Assembly: GCA_965217775.1 (NCBI GenBank)
Contig: CBDCJH010000002.1
Span: 4,256,001 to 4,320,000 of the forward strand
Direction: 5' to 3'
DNA from: Acidobacteriota bacterium
GTDB lineage: Bacteria; Acidobacteriota; UBA6911; RPQK01; JAJDTT01
Length of the DNA stretch: 64,000 nucleotides
The notes beneath the pieces are model-generated. The model searched no databases. It saw nothing but the letters and a program-made list of their open reading frames with translations, and had not been told where the DNA came from. The translations under genes were made by a program, and so were the position numbers. This document shows positions 50,477 to 59,332 of this stretch, one piece after another (position 1 is the stretch's first letter; each line of letters opens with the position of its first letter).

Positions 50477-51763
50477 TCATCCGGCCTGGATGGTCCGCTT
50501 CTCCGGGTCGAAGACCATGCGCTTCCCGCTCCAGTAGGAATCGGTCGCCATGATGCAGGCGATGGAGTGACCGTAGCCGGCCTCGACGGGAGCATACAGC
50601 CGTTTCGAATCTCGACTGCGGACGGCGTCCAGCCAGTTGGCCATGTGGTCGGTCTCTCCGGGATCCCCTTCGACCGGGACTTTGTCTGCCACTCTGCCGT
50701 CGGCCTTTACACCTTTGCCGGAGAAATACCAGTCGTTGTCACGATGGGAAATGGCCTCGCCCTTGAAACTTCCCAGGGTCCCGTGGACCCGGGTACCGCT
50801 GCCGTACCCGTTGATCCAGTTGGTGGAGTAGACCGCCAAGAACTTCCGGTCTCCCTTCCGGTACTCCAGGGTGATCTCCTGGGTGTCGGGATTCTCCCGG
50901 TAGTCCTTCCATTGGTAGATCCCACCATGAGCCACGACGCTCGAGGGATAGGTGACACCCGACAGCATGTGCGCCAAGTCGATGCCGTGGCTCATCCACT
51001 GGTCGATGATGCCGCTGGAGAAGTCCTTGAAAAGCCGGAAGCAGCGAAAGATCCGGGGGTCGAAGGGCCGGTGGGGTCGGCCCATGAGCCAGGTGTTCCA
51101 ATCCAGATCGCTCTCCTTGGCCATCAGGATGTCCTTTTCCTTCCGGGCCCACCGATAAGGACTGTACTTGCTCCAATGGAAGTCGACCTTGACCACGTCG
51201 CCGATGAATCCTTCGGCGATCATGCGGCTGGCCTGACGATACTTGGGATTGGCCCGTCTCTGGGTCCCGATCTGGACGATGGTGTCGGATTTGCGCACCG
51301 CGTCCAGGGCCGCGTTGGCTTCCTCCAGCACGTTGGCCATGGGTTTCTCGCAGTAGGCGTCCTTCCCCGCGTCGGCGGCCAGCTTCAGAATCTGAGCGTG
51401 GGCGTGGTCGGGGGTGGCGATGATCAGAGCGTCCACGTCGGCATCGGCCAGGATCTCTTCGTGATGACGGTAGGCCTTGGGGGCATGACCCTGCTCGGCC
51501 TTTGCCAGCTCCACGGCATTTTCGCGGCGGTAGTTCCAGAGGTCGCAGACGGCGACGAGTCGAGCGTTGAACCGCCGGTTCATCTGAAAGAACCGCTTCA
51601 GTCTGCCGGTGCCGCGCCCTCCCGGCCCCACGATTCCCAGGTTGAGGCGATTGTTGACGTTGCGAGCGCTGACGATGCCGGGAAAGCTGGCCAGGGCCAG
51701 ACCCGCTCCGGCTCCGGCCGAACGGGAAAGAAAGGAACGACGATGAATGGAAGCTTGACTCAT
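50477..51763 (-). CDS. Gfo/Idh/MocA oxidoreductase, Tat-exported
   Basis: HRRSFL, GPGGRG, ATPDHAH, YCEKP, GTQRR. Confidence 0.92.
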   Translation of the reverse strand: MSQASIHRRSFLSRSAGAGAGLALASFPGIVSARNVNNRLNLGIVGPGGRGTGRLKRFFQMNRRFNARLVAVCDLWNYRRENAVELAKAEQGHAPKAYRHHEEILADADVDALIIATPDHAHAQILKLAADAGKDAYCEKPMANVLEEANAALDAVRKSDTIVQIGTQRRANPKYRQASRMIAEGFIGDVVKVDFHWSKYSPYRWARKEKDILMAKESDLDWNTWLMGRPHRPFDPRIFRCFRLFKDFSSGIIDQWMSHGIDLAHMLSGVTYPSSVVAHGGIYQWKDYRENPDTQEITLEYRKGDRKFLAVYSTNWINGYGSGTRVHGTLGSFKGEAISHRDNDWYFSGKGVKADGRVADKVPVEGDPGETDHMANWLDAVRSRDSKRLYAPVEAGYGHSIACIMATDSYWSGKRMVFDPEKRTIQAG

Positions 51764-51977
51764 GTGTGGTTTCTCCTCATTGGAAGGATCCGGTCAGCGC
51801 CCGGACCGGACGACGGACGTGACTGCCGAGACTTGAAAAGTATTGATACGGAAAATGCTACAGGAGGACTCCGGCTCGGGGCAAGAGCCACGGACTTTGG
51901 AGGGGGGGATAGGAGGGGAATAGGAGGGGGGACTGTTAGTCTCCCATTCCGGTTTTGCCGTGCGTTGCTCGGGAACG

Positions 51978-52077
51978 CGGCGGTTGGAAACCGCCGCTCT
52001 GGGCGGCTGGAAACCGCCCTTCCTGGCCGGCGGTTGGAAACCGCCGCTCCTGTTCGGCGGTTGAAAACCGCCGCTCC
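51978..52077. repeat. Four tandem REP-like hairpins (CGGCGGTTGGAAACCGCCGCTCC)
   Basis: Units start at 51978, 52001, 52028 and 52055, with 0-4 nt between them. Confidence 0.85.
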
Positions 52078-52112
52078 TGGCGGCGTGATTCGGTCCGAAC
52101 TATAGTGGATCT

Positions 52113-54884
52113 ATGTCATCCACCACTCCTCCTATACGATGTCCTGCCTGCTATTCTCCATTAACACTCATCCCCCGGATTTCCGCAGCCGGTCTGGTCC
52201 TGGCGGCGTGGCTGCTCCTGGGCGGACCTTACGCCGGAGCGACGATCAAACTCGAGGTCGGCAAGAGCAACGGGGCGCCGCCGTTTCCGCACACCAACGG
52301 GCGGCAGATCGCCAGGAACTCGGACGGCATCTGGTTCCTGGCCTACGACGCCGTGACCGAAGGACGGTCCACGATCTTCCTGGCCGCCTCCAGGGACGGG
52401 ACTCCCGAGTTCGCCGGCGATTTCCATCCGGCCGTGGCCATTGCCGGCGGTTCGGACGAGGCGGTCCTGGCCGGAGCGGTCCGGGACGCCAGCGTGGCCA
52501 GCCTAGTCATCGACGAAGACGACGTCCTGCATCTGGTTTGGCAAAGCTCCGACCCCGAGGGCATCTGGTACAGCCGCTGCTCCGTCAAGGGGAAGGAACC
52601 GGCGGCCGCCTTTCGGAACGCGGTTCTGTGGACGGGAGCCGGCGGGGGCCAAGGCGCCGAGCGGATCGATGACGGTGTATCCCCACAACTCGGAGACGTG
52701 GTCATCGACGGGAAAGGGCAACTCCGGATCCTCTACAGCCAGACGGTGGAGGTACCTCCGGACCACGTCTTTCACCTCTTGGCCAAGGGACATCCCTATT
52801 CTCGGCGTCTCCGCCGGAAACCGGCGGGACAGATCTGGGCGGCCTCTCCCAAGTCGGGTGGTTGGACACGAAGGCCGCTGACTCTGCCCGGGGACTATGG
52901 CCCGCCGGTGGCGGACCTGGACCCCCAGGGAACCCTGCACCTGACCTCCGCCCGGGCCGGTTCCTGGTTCATCTTCTATCTGCAACTGCCCGAATTCGCG
53001 GGAGGCTTCGACCAGGGCCGGGACTTCACCGCCGTGGCTCCCCATGTTCCCTGGAGCGGGACCGGCTACGTGAGCCACAGCGTGGCCGGCTGGGGCCGGA
53101 AGGCGCTGGTGGTGTGGGAGAAGGTGGAGCACCAACTCCAATATGCCTACTACGACGGGCGGAGTTGGACGGTTCAGCCGCTGCATCACAGCCAGGAGGC
53201 CTTGCACCATCCGATCCTGGCCCGCGACGAGCACGGCGTGGCCTGGGTCTTCTGGACCAACACCACCCGAAGCCACAGCTTCTACTCCCGCTGGCTGGGT
53301 TCCCGGTTCTCCGCTCCCTACGAGTGCCGGATGGTGGGTGGGGACCCCGTCTCCCACGAGGAGGCCACCCGGGCGCCTTCTCTCAGCCACTTCCACACCG
53401 TCGAACGAAACTCGCGGGAGGGGTCCGGAACCCTGGGAATGGCGCTCTCCGTCCAGGCCCCCACGGGTAGCGTCTACTTCGACCCGCTGCTGGTGCCCGA
53501 ACTGAACCCGGAGCCGGGGAGGAAGGTGCTGTTCCTGGACATGCTGGAGGTCAGCGCCCTTGACGGCCTGGACGAGTCCTTCCACTCGATGCAAAAACAT
53601 CCGGCCAATCCGGTGCTCCGGCCGGGTCCGGACGGGAGCTGGGACGAAAAGCGGGCCATCGCATACGGGGAAGTCTTCCACGAGGAAGGCCGGTTCCGCA
53701 TGTGGTACGCGGGGATCGACCGGCAGGCCAGCGGATACATGGTGGGCTACGCCGAGAGCGAGGATGGAATCGACTGGGTCAAGCCGGTTCTGAACCAGGT
53801 GGAGTACAAAGGCTCCACGGAGAACAACATCCTGGACCTCGCCTACAACCCGTACGGCTACTGGACCATGATGGTCAAGGACGAACGGGAACCGGACCCC
53901 GAAAAGCACTACAAGGTGCTGGTGAAGCATACCGGAGGAAACCGGCTCCACACCTCGCCCGACGGGCTTCGGTGGACCGAGGGGATCGTGGTCAACCCGG
54001 ACCGGTTGCCTTCGGGAGAGCGGAATCCGGGCCGCTTCGGAGACCGGAGAGGCCTCTTCGATGACATTCTGGAGAAAGATCCCGAAAGGCGCTGGAAGGT
54101 CTTCGGCCGCACCTGCACCGGCCCCGGACAGTTGATCCCCCGGCGCACCCGGCGGACCTGCCGCTACTGGAGTCCCGACCTGATCAGGTGGACGCCCGAC
54201 CCCCGCAATCCGGTCATGGTCCCGCGGGCCGGGACCGAGGTGGAGCAGCACGCCATGTCGGTCTGGATCGACGCCGGGATGTACCTGGGGATGTTCGACG
54301 TCTGGGACGAGATGCAGCTAAGTCCCCAACAACTGGTGGTGAGCCGGGACGGGCGGAACTTCGTCCACGTCTTCGATGGGTCCTATGCCATTGAGTTGGG
54401 TGAACCGGGGACCTGGGATGAAGGCTGGGTCTCGCCCATCAACGTTCCCATTGCGGTGGGGGACGAGCTCTGGAACTACTACTCCGGGGGGCCGGTGACC
54501 ATCGGACCCTTCCACGACTGGAACACCCTGCCCATGTACACGGGCCTGGCTACGATCCGCCGGGACGGCTTCGTGGGCCTGGACGTCCGGAAAGGACGTT
54601 CGGCGGGTTGGTTCACCACCCTGCCCCTGAAGCCGGGAGCCGAGGTGCTGAGTCTGGAGGTGAACGCCGACGGGTTGGCGCGCGGCGCCGGACGCATTTC
54701 CGTGGATCTGATCCAGGGCGGCGAAGTTCTGGCCACGAGCAACGCCGTCACCGAGGATGGGGTGGCGACTTCAGTCCGGTGGCCGGTGGGCGGCAGCCGG
54801 CTGCGAATGCCTGAATCGGGGCAACTGCGGTTGCGATTCCGGCTGGAGGGGGAGGCCCACCTCTACAGCTTCACCTTTCGGTAG
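52113..54884 (+). CDS. Large exported protein: N-terminal propeller-like region + GH32/GH43-like propeller
   Basis: KHPANPVL, FRMWY, YAESEDGIDWVKP, SRDG, IRRDGFV, HLYSFTF; start uncertain. Confidence 0.78.
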   Translation: MSSTTPPIRCPACYSPLTLIPRISAAGLVLAAWLLLGGPYAGATIKLEVGKSNGAPPFPHTNGRQIARNSDGIWFLAYDAVTEGRSTIFLAASRDGTPEFAGDFHPAVAIAGGSDEAVLAGAVRDASVASLVIDEDDVLHLVWQSSDPEGIWYSRCSVKGKEPAAAFRNAVLWTGAGGGQGAERIDDGVSPQLGDVVIDGKGQLRILYSQTVEVPPDHVFHLLAKGHPYSRRLRRKPAGQIWAASPKSGGWTRRPLTLPGDYGPPVADLDPQGTLHLTSARAGSWFIFYLQLPEFAGGFDQGRDFTAVAPHVPWSGTGYVSHSVAGWGRKALVVWEKVEHQLQYAYYDGRSWTVQPLHHSQEALHHPILARDEHGVAWVFWTNTTRSHSFYSRWLGSRFSAPYECRMVGGDPVSHEEATRAPSLSHFHTVERNSREGSGTLGMALSVQAPTGSVYFDPLLVPELNPEPGRKVLFLDMLEVSALDGLDESFHSMQKHPANPVLRPGPDGSWDEKRAIAYGEVFHEEGRFRMWYAGIDRQASGYMVGYAESEDGIDWVKPVLNQVEYKGSTENNILDLAYNPYGYWTMMVKDEREPDPEKHYKVLVKHTGGNRLHTSPDGLRWTEGIVVNPDRLPSGERNPGRFGDRRGLFDDILEKDPERRWKVFGRTCTGPGQLIPRRTRRTCRYWSPDLIRWTPDPRNPVMVPRAGTEVEQHAMSVWIDAGMYLGMFDVWDEMQLSPQQLVVSRDGRNFVHVFDGSYAIELGEPGTWDEGWVSPINVPIAVGDELWNYYSGGPVTIGPFHDWNTLPMYTGLATIRRDGFVGLDVRKGRSAGWFTTLPLKPGAEVLSLEVNADGLARGAGRISVDLIQGGEVLATSNAVTEDGVATSVRWPVGGSRLRMPESGQLRLRFRLEGEAHLYSFTFR

Positions 54885-55007
54885 AGGGTCGACCCGACAC
54901 TCCATGAACGAAAACGTGACTGTCCCCTTCTCGCGCTGTCCCCTTCTCAGGAACTTGATTTTCAAGACTCAGCCTGGGGCGACGATGCGCCGCGTGGCGG
55001 CAAGACA

Positions 55008-55260
55008 GTGCTGAAGCGAATTCTCAGGGAAAAGGCGACCGTCCCGCTCTTTTTCGCTCAAACTCTTCTCAGGTCTTTGCGGGACGTAGGCTACAACAGC
55101 ACTACGCCGGCGCTATGCGAGCATGTCGATAACGCTATCCAATGGGGCGCAACCGAAATTCGCGTGTATTTTCACCAGAGGGGCAAGAGAGGCGCCTACC
55201 AGACCGAACATTCTCGTGCTCGATAATGGCAGCGGCATGGCTCCCGATATTCTCAGATAT
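55008..55260 (+). pseudogene. Frameshifted, truncated GHKL (MORC/HATPase_c_3-like) ATPase fragment
   Basis: SLRDVGY...ALCEHVDNAI in one frame and ILVLDNGSGM in another from about 55207; later motifs absent. Confidence 0.72.
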
Positions 55261-55320
55261 GAGATGTTTCAATTCTGTGCCGCTATACTGCAAGTGATTC
55301 AGATGCAAAGGAGGTCGATA

Positions 55321-55746
55321 GTGAAACCCATATCTTTGTTCCTCTCGGTCCTACTGGTTTCACATACCAGCTTGCAGGCCGGTCCCCTCTCGGCACAGAA
55401 AGCGGTTCACCTGGTTTCGATCGAGGAGTTGCGGGACCAAGTCGCGGCACAAACGGCCGAACGCGTCAGCAACATTCGCGAAGTCCAGACCCTGCTCCGT
55501 CACCAGGGGGTTCAAGATCGCTTGGGGCACCTTTTCGACCTGGAGAAAGTCGCGGTTGCAGTCCCCACGCTGGACAACGAGACGTTGGCCGAGCTGGCCC
55601 GGCAAAGCGGGCAGGTGAACGAACAGTTCAGAGCCGGCGGCATGGGAATGATCTTGGCGCTCGTGATAGCTGTTGTCGTTGTCATCATCCTTGCGATCAT
55701 ATTGGTGAATAAGGCAGAGGATGTGGCCGAAACTGTGCTCGGTTAA
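55321..55746 (+). CDS. Small exported/membrane protein, PA2779-like
   Basis: AAGGAGG before GTG 55321; signal peptide; LDNETLAELA...AGG followed by a C-terminal TM helix. Confidence 0.68.
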   Translation: MKPISLFLSVLLVSHTSLQAGPLSAQKAVHLVSIEELRDQVAAQTAERVSNIREVQTLLRHQGVQDRLGHLFDLEKVAVAVPTLDNETLAELARQSGQVNEQFRAGGMGMILALVIAVVVVIILAIILVNKAEDVAETVLG

Positions 55747-55784
55747 CGCCTTTTCCCGCCATGGGCACGCTCTGTCGGCGTTAA

Positions 55785-55813
55785 CAGCCCGTGGCAAAAG
55801 TCGCCACGGACTG
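55785..55813 (+). mobile_element. Collapsed 29-bp MITE family A (ends only)
   Basis: TTAA-CAGCCCGTGGCAAAAGTCGCCACGGACTG-TTAA. Confidence 0.8.
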
Positions 55814-56046
55814 TTAACCGCCTGAGCGGATCCGTGACCACAAGGACGCGGAACGAGTACGGCGAGAGAATCTTCGGCTGCTCGTCGCGCCGGATCTCCG
55901 CACGGACGCTCAGCGTCCCGCGAAGACGGAAAAGAGCGATCGATACTTGCGCCCGTAGCGAGGGAACGCGTCCAGCCGGACGATCAAGTATGGCCACCCT
56001 CCCTGCTTCTTGACTCCCGTCTCCCGCTGCGACTCTAATGGCGCGT

Positions 56047-58062
56047 ATGGCACGCCTGTTGATCGTCCTCTCCGCATTCAACTTCTTCCTGACTCCGATA
56101 TGGGCCCGCGTCGTCCGGGTGGAGATCCACGAACGGAATCCGATCCTGGAGGGTGAGCCCTATCCGCTGGTAGGCCCCTACGAACTGATCACGGGACGCG
56201 TGCACTTCGCCGTCGACCCCGATCTGGGACCCAACCGGATCATCACTGACATCCTGAAGGCGCCCCGAAACGATCAGGGCGAGGTGGAGTTCTCCTCAGA
56301 TCTCGTGCTTTTGAAACCGGTGCAAGTGGAGCGAGGCAACGGCGCCATTTTCTACGAGGTCTCCAACCGGGGCGGAAAGGCCATGGTCGGTTTTTTCAAC
56401 CTGGCCCGGTACACCCGGACTCCCAAGACCCGCGAGGATTTCGGAGACGGGTTCCTCATGCGCCAGGGATTCACGCTCATGTGGTTGGGCTGGCAACTGG
56501 ATCCGCCCCACCGGCCAGGAAACATGCGTGTCTACCCGGCAGTCGCCCGGGATCCGGATCAGCCCATCACCGGCCTGGTCCGATGCGACTTCGTGGTCAA
56601 GACTCGCGCCGACCACCACATTCTCTCGGACCGCAACCACATTCCCTACCCCGTGTCCGATCCCGACGCCCCCGAGAACTCCATGACGGTCCGGGATGCC
56701 GTCGAGGGCGAGCGTCAGGCCGTTCCGCGGAACCGCTGGCGGTTCGCCCGAATGGAGGGGGGACGGGCGGTGCCCGACTCGACTCACGTGTTGCTGGAAG
56801 GAGGTTTCGAACCGGGCCGGATCTACGAAGTGGTCTACCGGGGCCAGGACCCTCCCCTGGTGGGACTGGGTCCGACGGCCGTGCGGGACATGATCTCCTA
56901 CCTCAAGTACGAGGGCGATCGGGACCTGTCCATTCCCCCGAACGCCCTGAACCGCGCTCTGGGGTTCGGGAGCTCCCAGAGCGGACGTTTCCTGCGGACC
57001 TTCCTCTACCAGGGTTTCAATGAGGACGAGCAGAACCGGCGGGTCTTCGACGGGCTCATACCCCACGTGGCAGGTGCGGGACGGGGCAGCTTCAACCACC
57101 GTTTCGCCCAGCCGTCACGGGATGCCCAGCCCTTCTCCAACTTCTTCTATCCCACCGACATCTTCCCCTTCACCGATACGGCCCAGACCGACCCGGTGAC
57201 AGGGGAGACCGACGGACTGCTCATTCACTTCGCCCGGCCGGAACTCTGCCCCAAGATCTTCTACACCAACTCCTCCTACGAGTACTGGGGCCGTGCCTCC
57301 TCCCTGATCCACACCACCGTAGACGGAACCCGCGATGTGGATTTCATGGATCAGGTTCGCCATTACCATTTTGCCGGCAGCCAGCATGGGGTGGGACCAT
57401 TTCCTCCTTCGCGGACGCGGGGGCAGCAACTGAACAATCCTCTGGACTTCAGATGGACGATGCGCGCCCTGCTCCTGGCCCTGGATCGGTGGATTGACGA
57501 CGGGACGACTCCGCCTCCCAGCCGCTACCCCCGCCTGGACCAAGCCACGCTGGTCCCGTTTCCCAAGTTCGACTTCCCCCGGTTGCCGGGGGTCCGGGTC
57601 CCCCCGCGAATCCACCGGGCGTACCGGGTCGATTACGGTCCCCGCTTTCGTTCGGAAGGCATCGTGAGCCACCAGCCGCCTCGTGTCGGCGCCCCCTTTC
57701 CGATCCTGGTCCCCAAGGTCGACGCCGACGGGAACGAGCTGGCGGGGATCCGGCTTCCGGAGGTCGCGGTGCCCCTGGCAACATACACGGGGTGGAACCT
57801 GTTCGGCCCCGGCCAGGGTCCGCCGACGGAAATTTGCAGCTTCCGCGGCTCCTACATTCCCTTCGCCCGGAGCAAGGAGGAGCGTCTCGAAGCGGGTGAC
57901 CCCCGACCCTCCATCCGGGAGAGGTACGGGAGCCGGGATGAGTACCTAGGACGAGTCACCGAAACTGCCCTTGAACTCATGGATCAGGGATACCTGCTGT
58001 CGCAGGATGTTCCCCTGGTCGTCAAGGGAGCAGCCGTCCGGTGGGACTACCTGATGCGCTGA
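56047..58062 (+). CDS. Exported alpha/beta hydrolase-domain protein, copy 2
   Basis: Same length as and colinear with 45939-47954; both end RWDYLMR. Confidence 0.85.
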   Translation: MARLLIVLSAFNFFLTPIWARVVRVEIHERNPILEGEPYPLVGPYELITGRVHFAVDPDLGPNRIITDILKAPRNDQGEVEFSSDLVLLKPVQVERGNGAIFYEVSNRGGKAMVGFFNLARYTRTPKTREDFGDGFLMRQGFTLMWLGWQLDPPHRPGNMRVYPAVARDPDQPITGLVRCDFVVKTRADHHILSDRNHIPYPVSDPDAPENSMTVRDAVEGERQAVPRNRWRFARMEGGRAVPDSTHVLLEGGFEPGRIYEVVYRGQDPPLVGLGPTAVRDMISYLKYEGDRDLSIPPNALNRALGFGSSQSGRFLRTFLYQGFNEDEQNRRVFDGLIPHVAGAGRGSFNHRFAQPSRDAQPFSNFFYPTDIFPFTDTAQTDPVTGETDGLLIHFARPELCPKIFYTNSSYEYWGRASSLIHTTVDGTRDVDFMDQVRHYHFAGSQHGVGPFPPSRTRGQQLNNPLDFRWTMRALLLALDRWIDDGTTPPPSRYPRLDQATLVPFPKFDFPRLPGVRVPPRIHRAYRVDYGPRFRSEGIVSHQPPRVGAPFPILVPKVDADGNELAGIRLPEVAVPLATYTGWNLFGPGQGPPTEICSFRGSYIPFARSKEERLEAGDPRPSIRERYGSRDEYLGRVTETALELMDQGYLLSQDVPLVVKGAAVRWDYLMR

Positions 58063-58505
58063 GGACTCGATGCGCCGAGACGCGCTCCGTGGACCGTGGC
58101 ACCCGATTCACTTGCAGCAGCCGCCAGACGTGCGTCGAACACGACGAACGGAATATCGAGACCCAACTTTTCCTGAAGATGCAGAAAACTGCCGAGTTGG
58201 ACGGCGTCGGCGGCCCGCAACGAATACGCGTTCAGGAGTAACGCCGCACGCCGAGTCACCGCGGGCACCAGTTCGACGACCAGGAACGAATCCATGTCTT
58301 TCGCCAGTGTCGCAAGGGCCACGTCCCGCTCCTCAACGGAGCAGTCTCCCGTCCGCGTCCGCCGCGCCAGCGCCGACGCCACTTCCACTTCGGACAACCG
58401 GCTGATCGCTGCCGATCCGGATGCCAGAAATCCTTCGACGACATTGCTCCCGGCCTCTCGCACGTACCGCTTGACCAAAGCACTGGAATCAAAGTACCGG
58501 ATCAG
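58047..58505 (-). CDS. vapC: VapC/PIN-domain toxin
   Basis: IRYFDSSALVKRYVREAGS, EVASAL, LRAADAVQL, FDARL; start inferred at CTG 58505. Confidence 0.88.
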   Translation of the reverse strand: MIRYFDSSALVKRYVREAGSNVVEGFLASGSAAISRLSEVEVASALARRTRTGDCSVEERDVALATLAKDMDSFLVVELVPAVTRRAALLLNAYSLRAADAVQLGSFLHLQEKLGLDIPFVVFDARLAAAASESGATVHGARLGASSPQRIR

Positions 58506-58795
58506 AATCGATCCTCCCGATCCTCGCTGACAGCCTCAGAGAGGCGCCGGCCTCTTCCCACGATCGGCTTGGCGATCGGCGGAACCGGTTTCGCCTGGCC
58601 CGTCACCACGCCTTGCCTCCGCAAACGAGCCAGACGTGCGTCCACAGAGCGGCCGGCGAACTCGATCGGCATCACTTCCGCCACCGGCCGGCCCCGGTCG
58701 GTGATGGTCAAAATGCGCCCTTGGCGTACCCGCCGGAGATAAGTCCCCAACCGCGTCTTGAACTCCCGGGCCCCAACGACGAGTGGCTCACTCAT
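58502..58795 (-). CDS. Phd/YefM family antitoxin
   Basis: VGAREFKTRLGTYLRRVRQG..LTITDRGRPVA; C-terminal VSEDREDR. Confidence 0.92.
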   Translation of the reverse strand: MSEPLVVGAREFKTRLGTYLRRVRQGRILTITDRGRPVAEVMPIEFAGRSVDARLARLRRQGVVTGQAKPVPPIAKPIVGRGRRLSEAVSEDREDRF

Positions 58796-58830
58796 GTAGT
58801 CATTGTGACTACAACTGCCAGGAAAAGCAA
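58795..58830 (-). promoter_or_regulatory. Leaderless TA promoter with operator palindrome
   Basis: TTGCTT-N17-CACAAT with ATG 6 nt later; palindrome TGTAGTCA-N3-TGACTACA at 58795-58813. Confidence 0.75.
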
Positions 58831-59002
58831 GAAGACTTCACCGCTCACGCCTGGGGCCGACTCCGCCTTTGCGCAACAACCTGTCGGTGCAGGAGCAGTG
58901 GCTTCTTGGCCGCTGAACTGGGAGTGGGGTTTGTCAACCTCCGATCTCCCGCTCCGGTTCTTCAATTTGGAACAGGTCCGAAGGATCTCTATGACTCATC
59001 TT

Positions 59003-59139
59003 CTGGCGGTGTGATTTGGTCCGAACTATAGTGGATCAATTGGGGGGGCCATCGGTTCCAATTGCCTGAGTCCGGGCTACTGAGCTTGCGATTCCGGTTG
59101 GAGGGGGAGGCCCACCCCTATCGTTTCTCCTTTTGTTAG
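59003..59139 (+). pseudogene. Collapsed remnant of a second copy of the 52113-54884 gene
   Basis: 59003-59037 matches 52077-52111; 59041-59139 encodes GGHRFQLPESGLLSLRFRLEGEAHPYRFSFC* versus GGSRLRMPESGQLRLRFRLEGEAHLYSFTFR*. Confidence 0.85.
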
Positions 59140-59298
59140 GAGTCTGCGCCGTAGAAATGATCGTAGCGAGAAAGTGGGGAATCGAGGCCAGATTTTCTCG
59201 ATTTTGAGGTGCATAGTTGTTCTATTCGCCGAGAAATCGGGGAAATCTGGACCGATTCTACCGCTTTCGCAGTAGATCAATTTCTGCGGCGCTGGCTC
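59140..59298 (+). mobile_element. MITE family B, long copy
   Basis: 159 bp, terminal inverted repeats, flanked by TTAG and CTAG. Confidence 0.82.
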
Positions 59299-59332
59299 CT
59301 AGTCTGCTCCGGCCGTCTACGGAGGATTCCCA

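Noticed and set aside
51978-52077. Possible CRISPR array
   Set aside because: Gaps between repeats are 0-4 nt, far too short for spacers, and no cas genes are present; REP-like instead.
55742-55817. Integron attC site (GTTAAC repeats)
   Set aside because: Does not fit RYYYAAC/GTTRRRY with L boxes, no intI is present, and TTAA target duplications explain it better.
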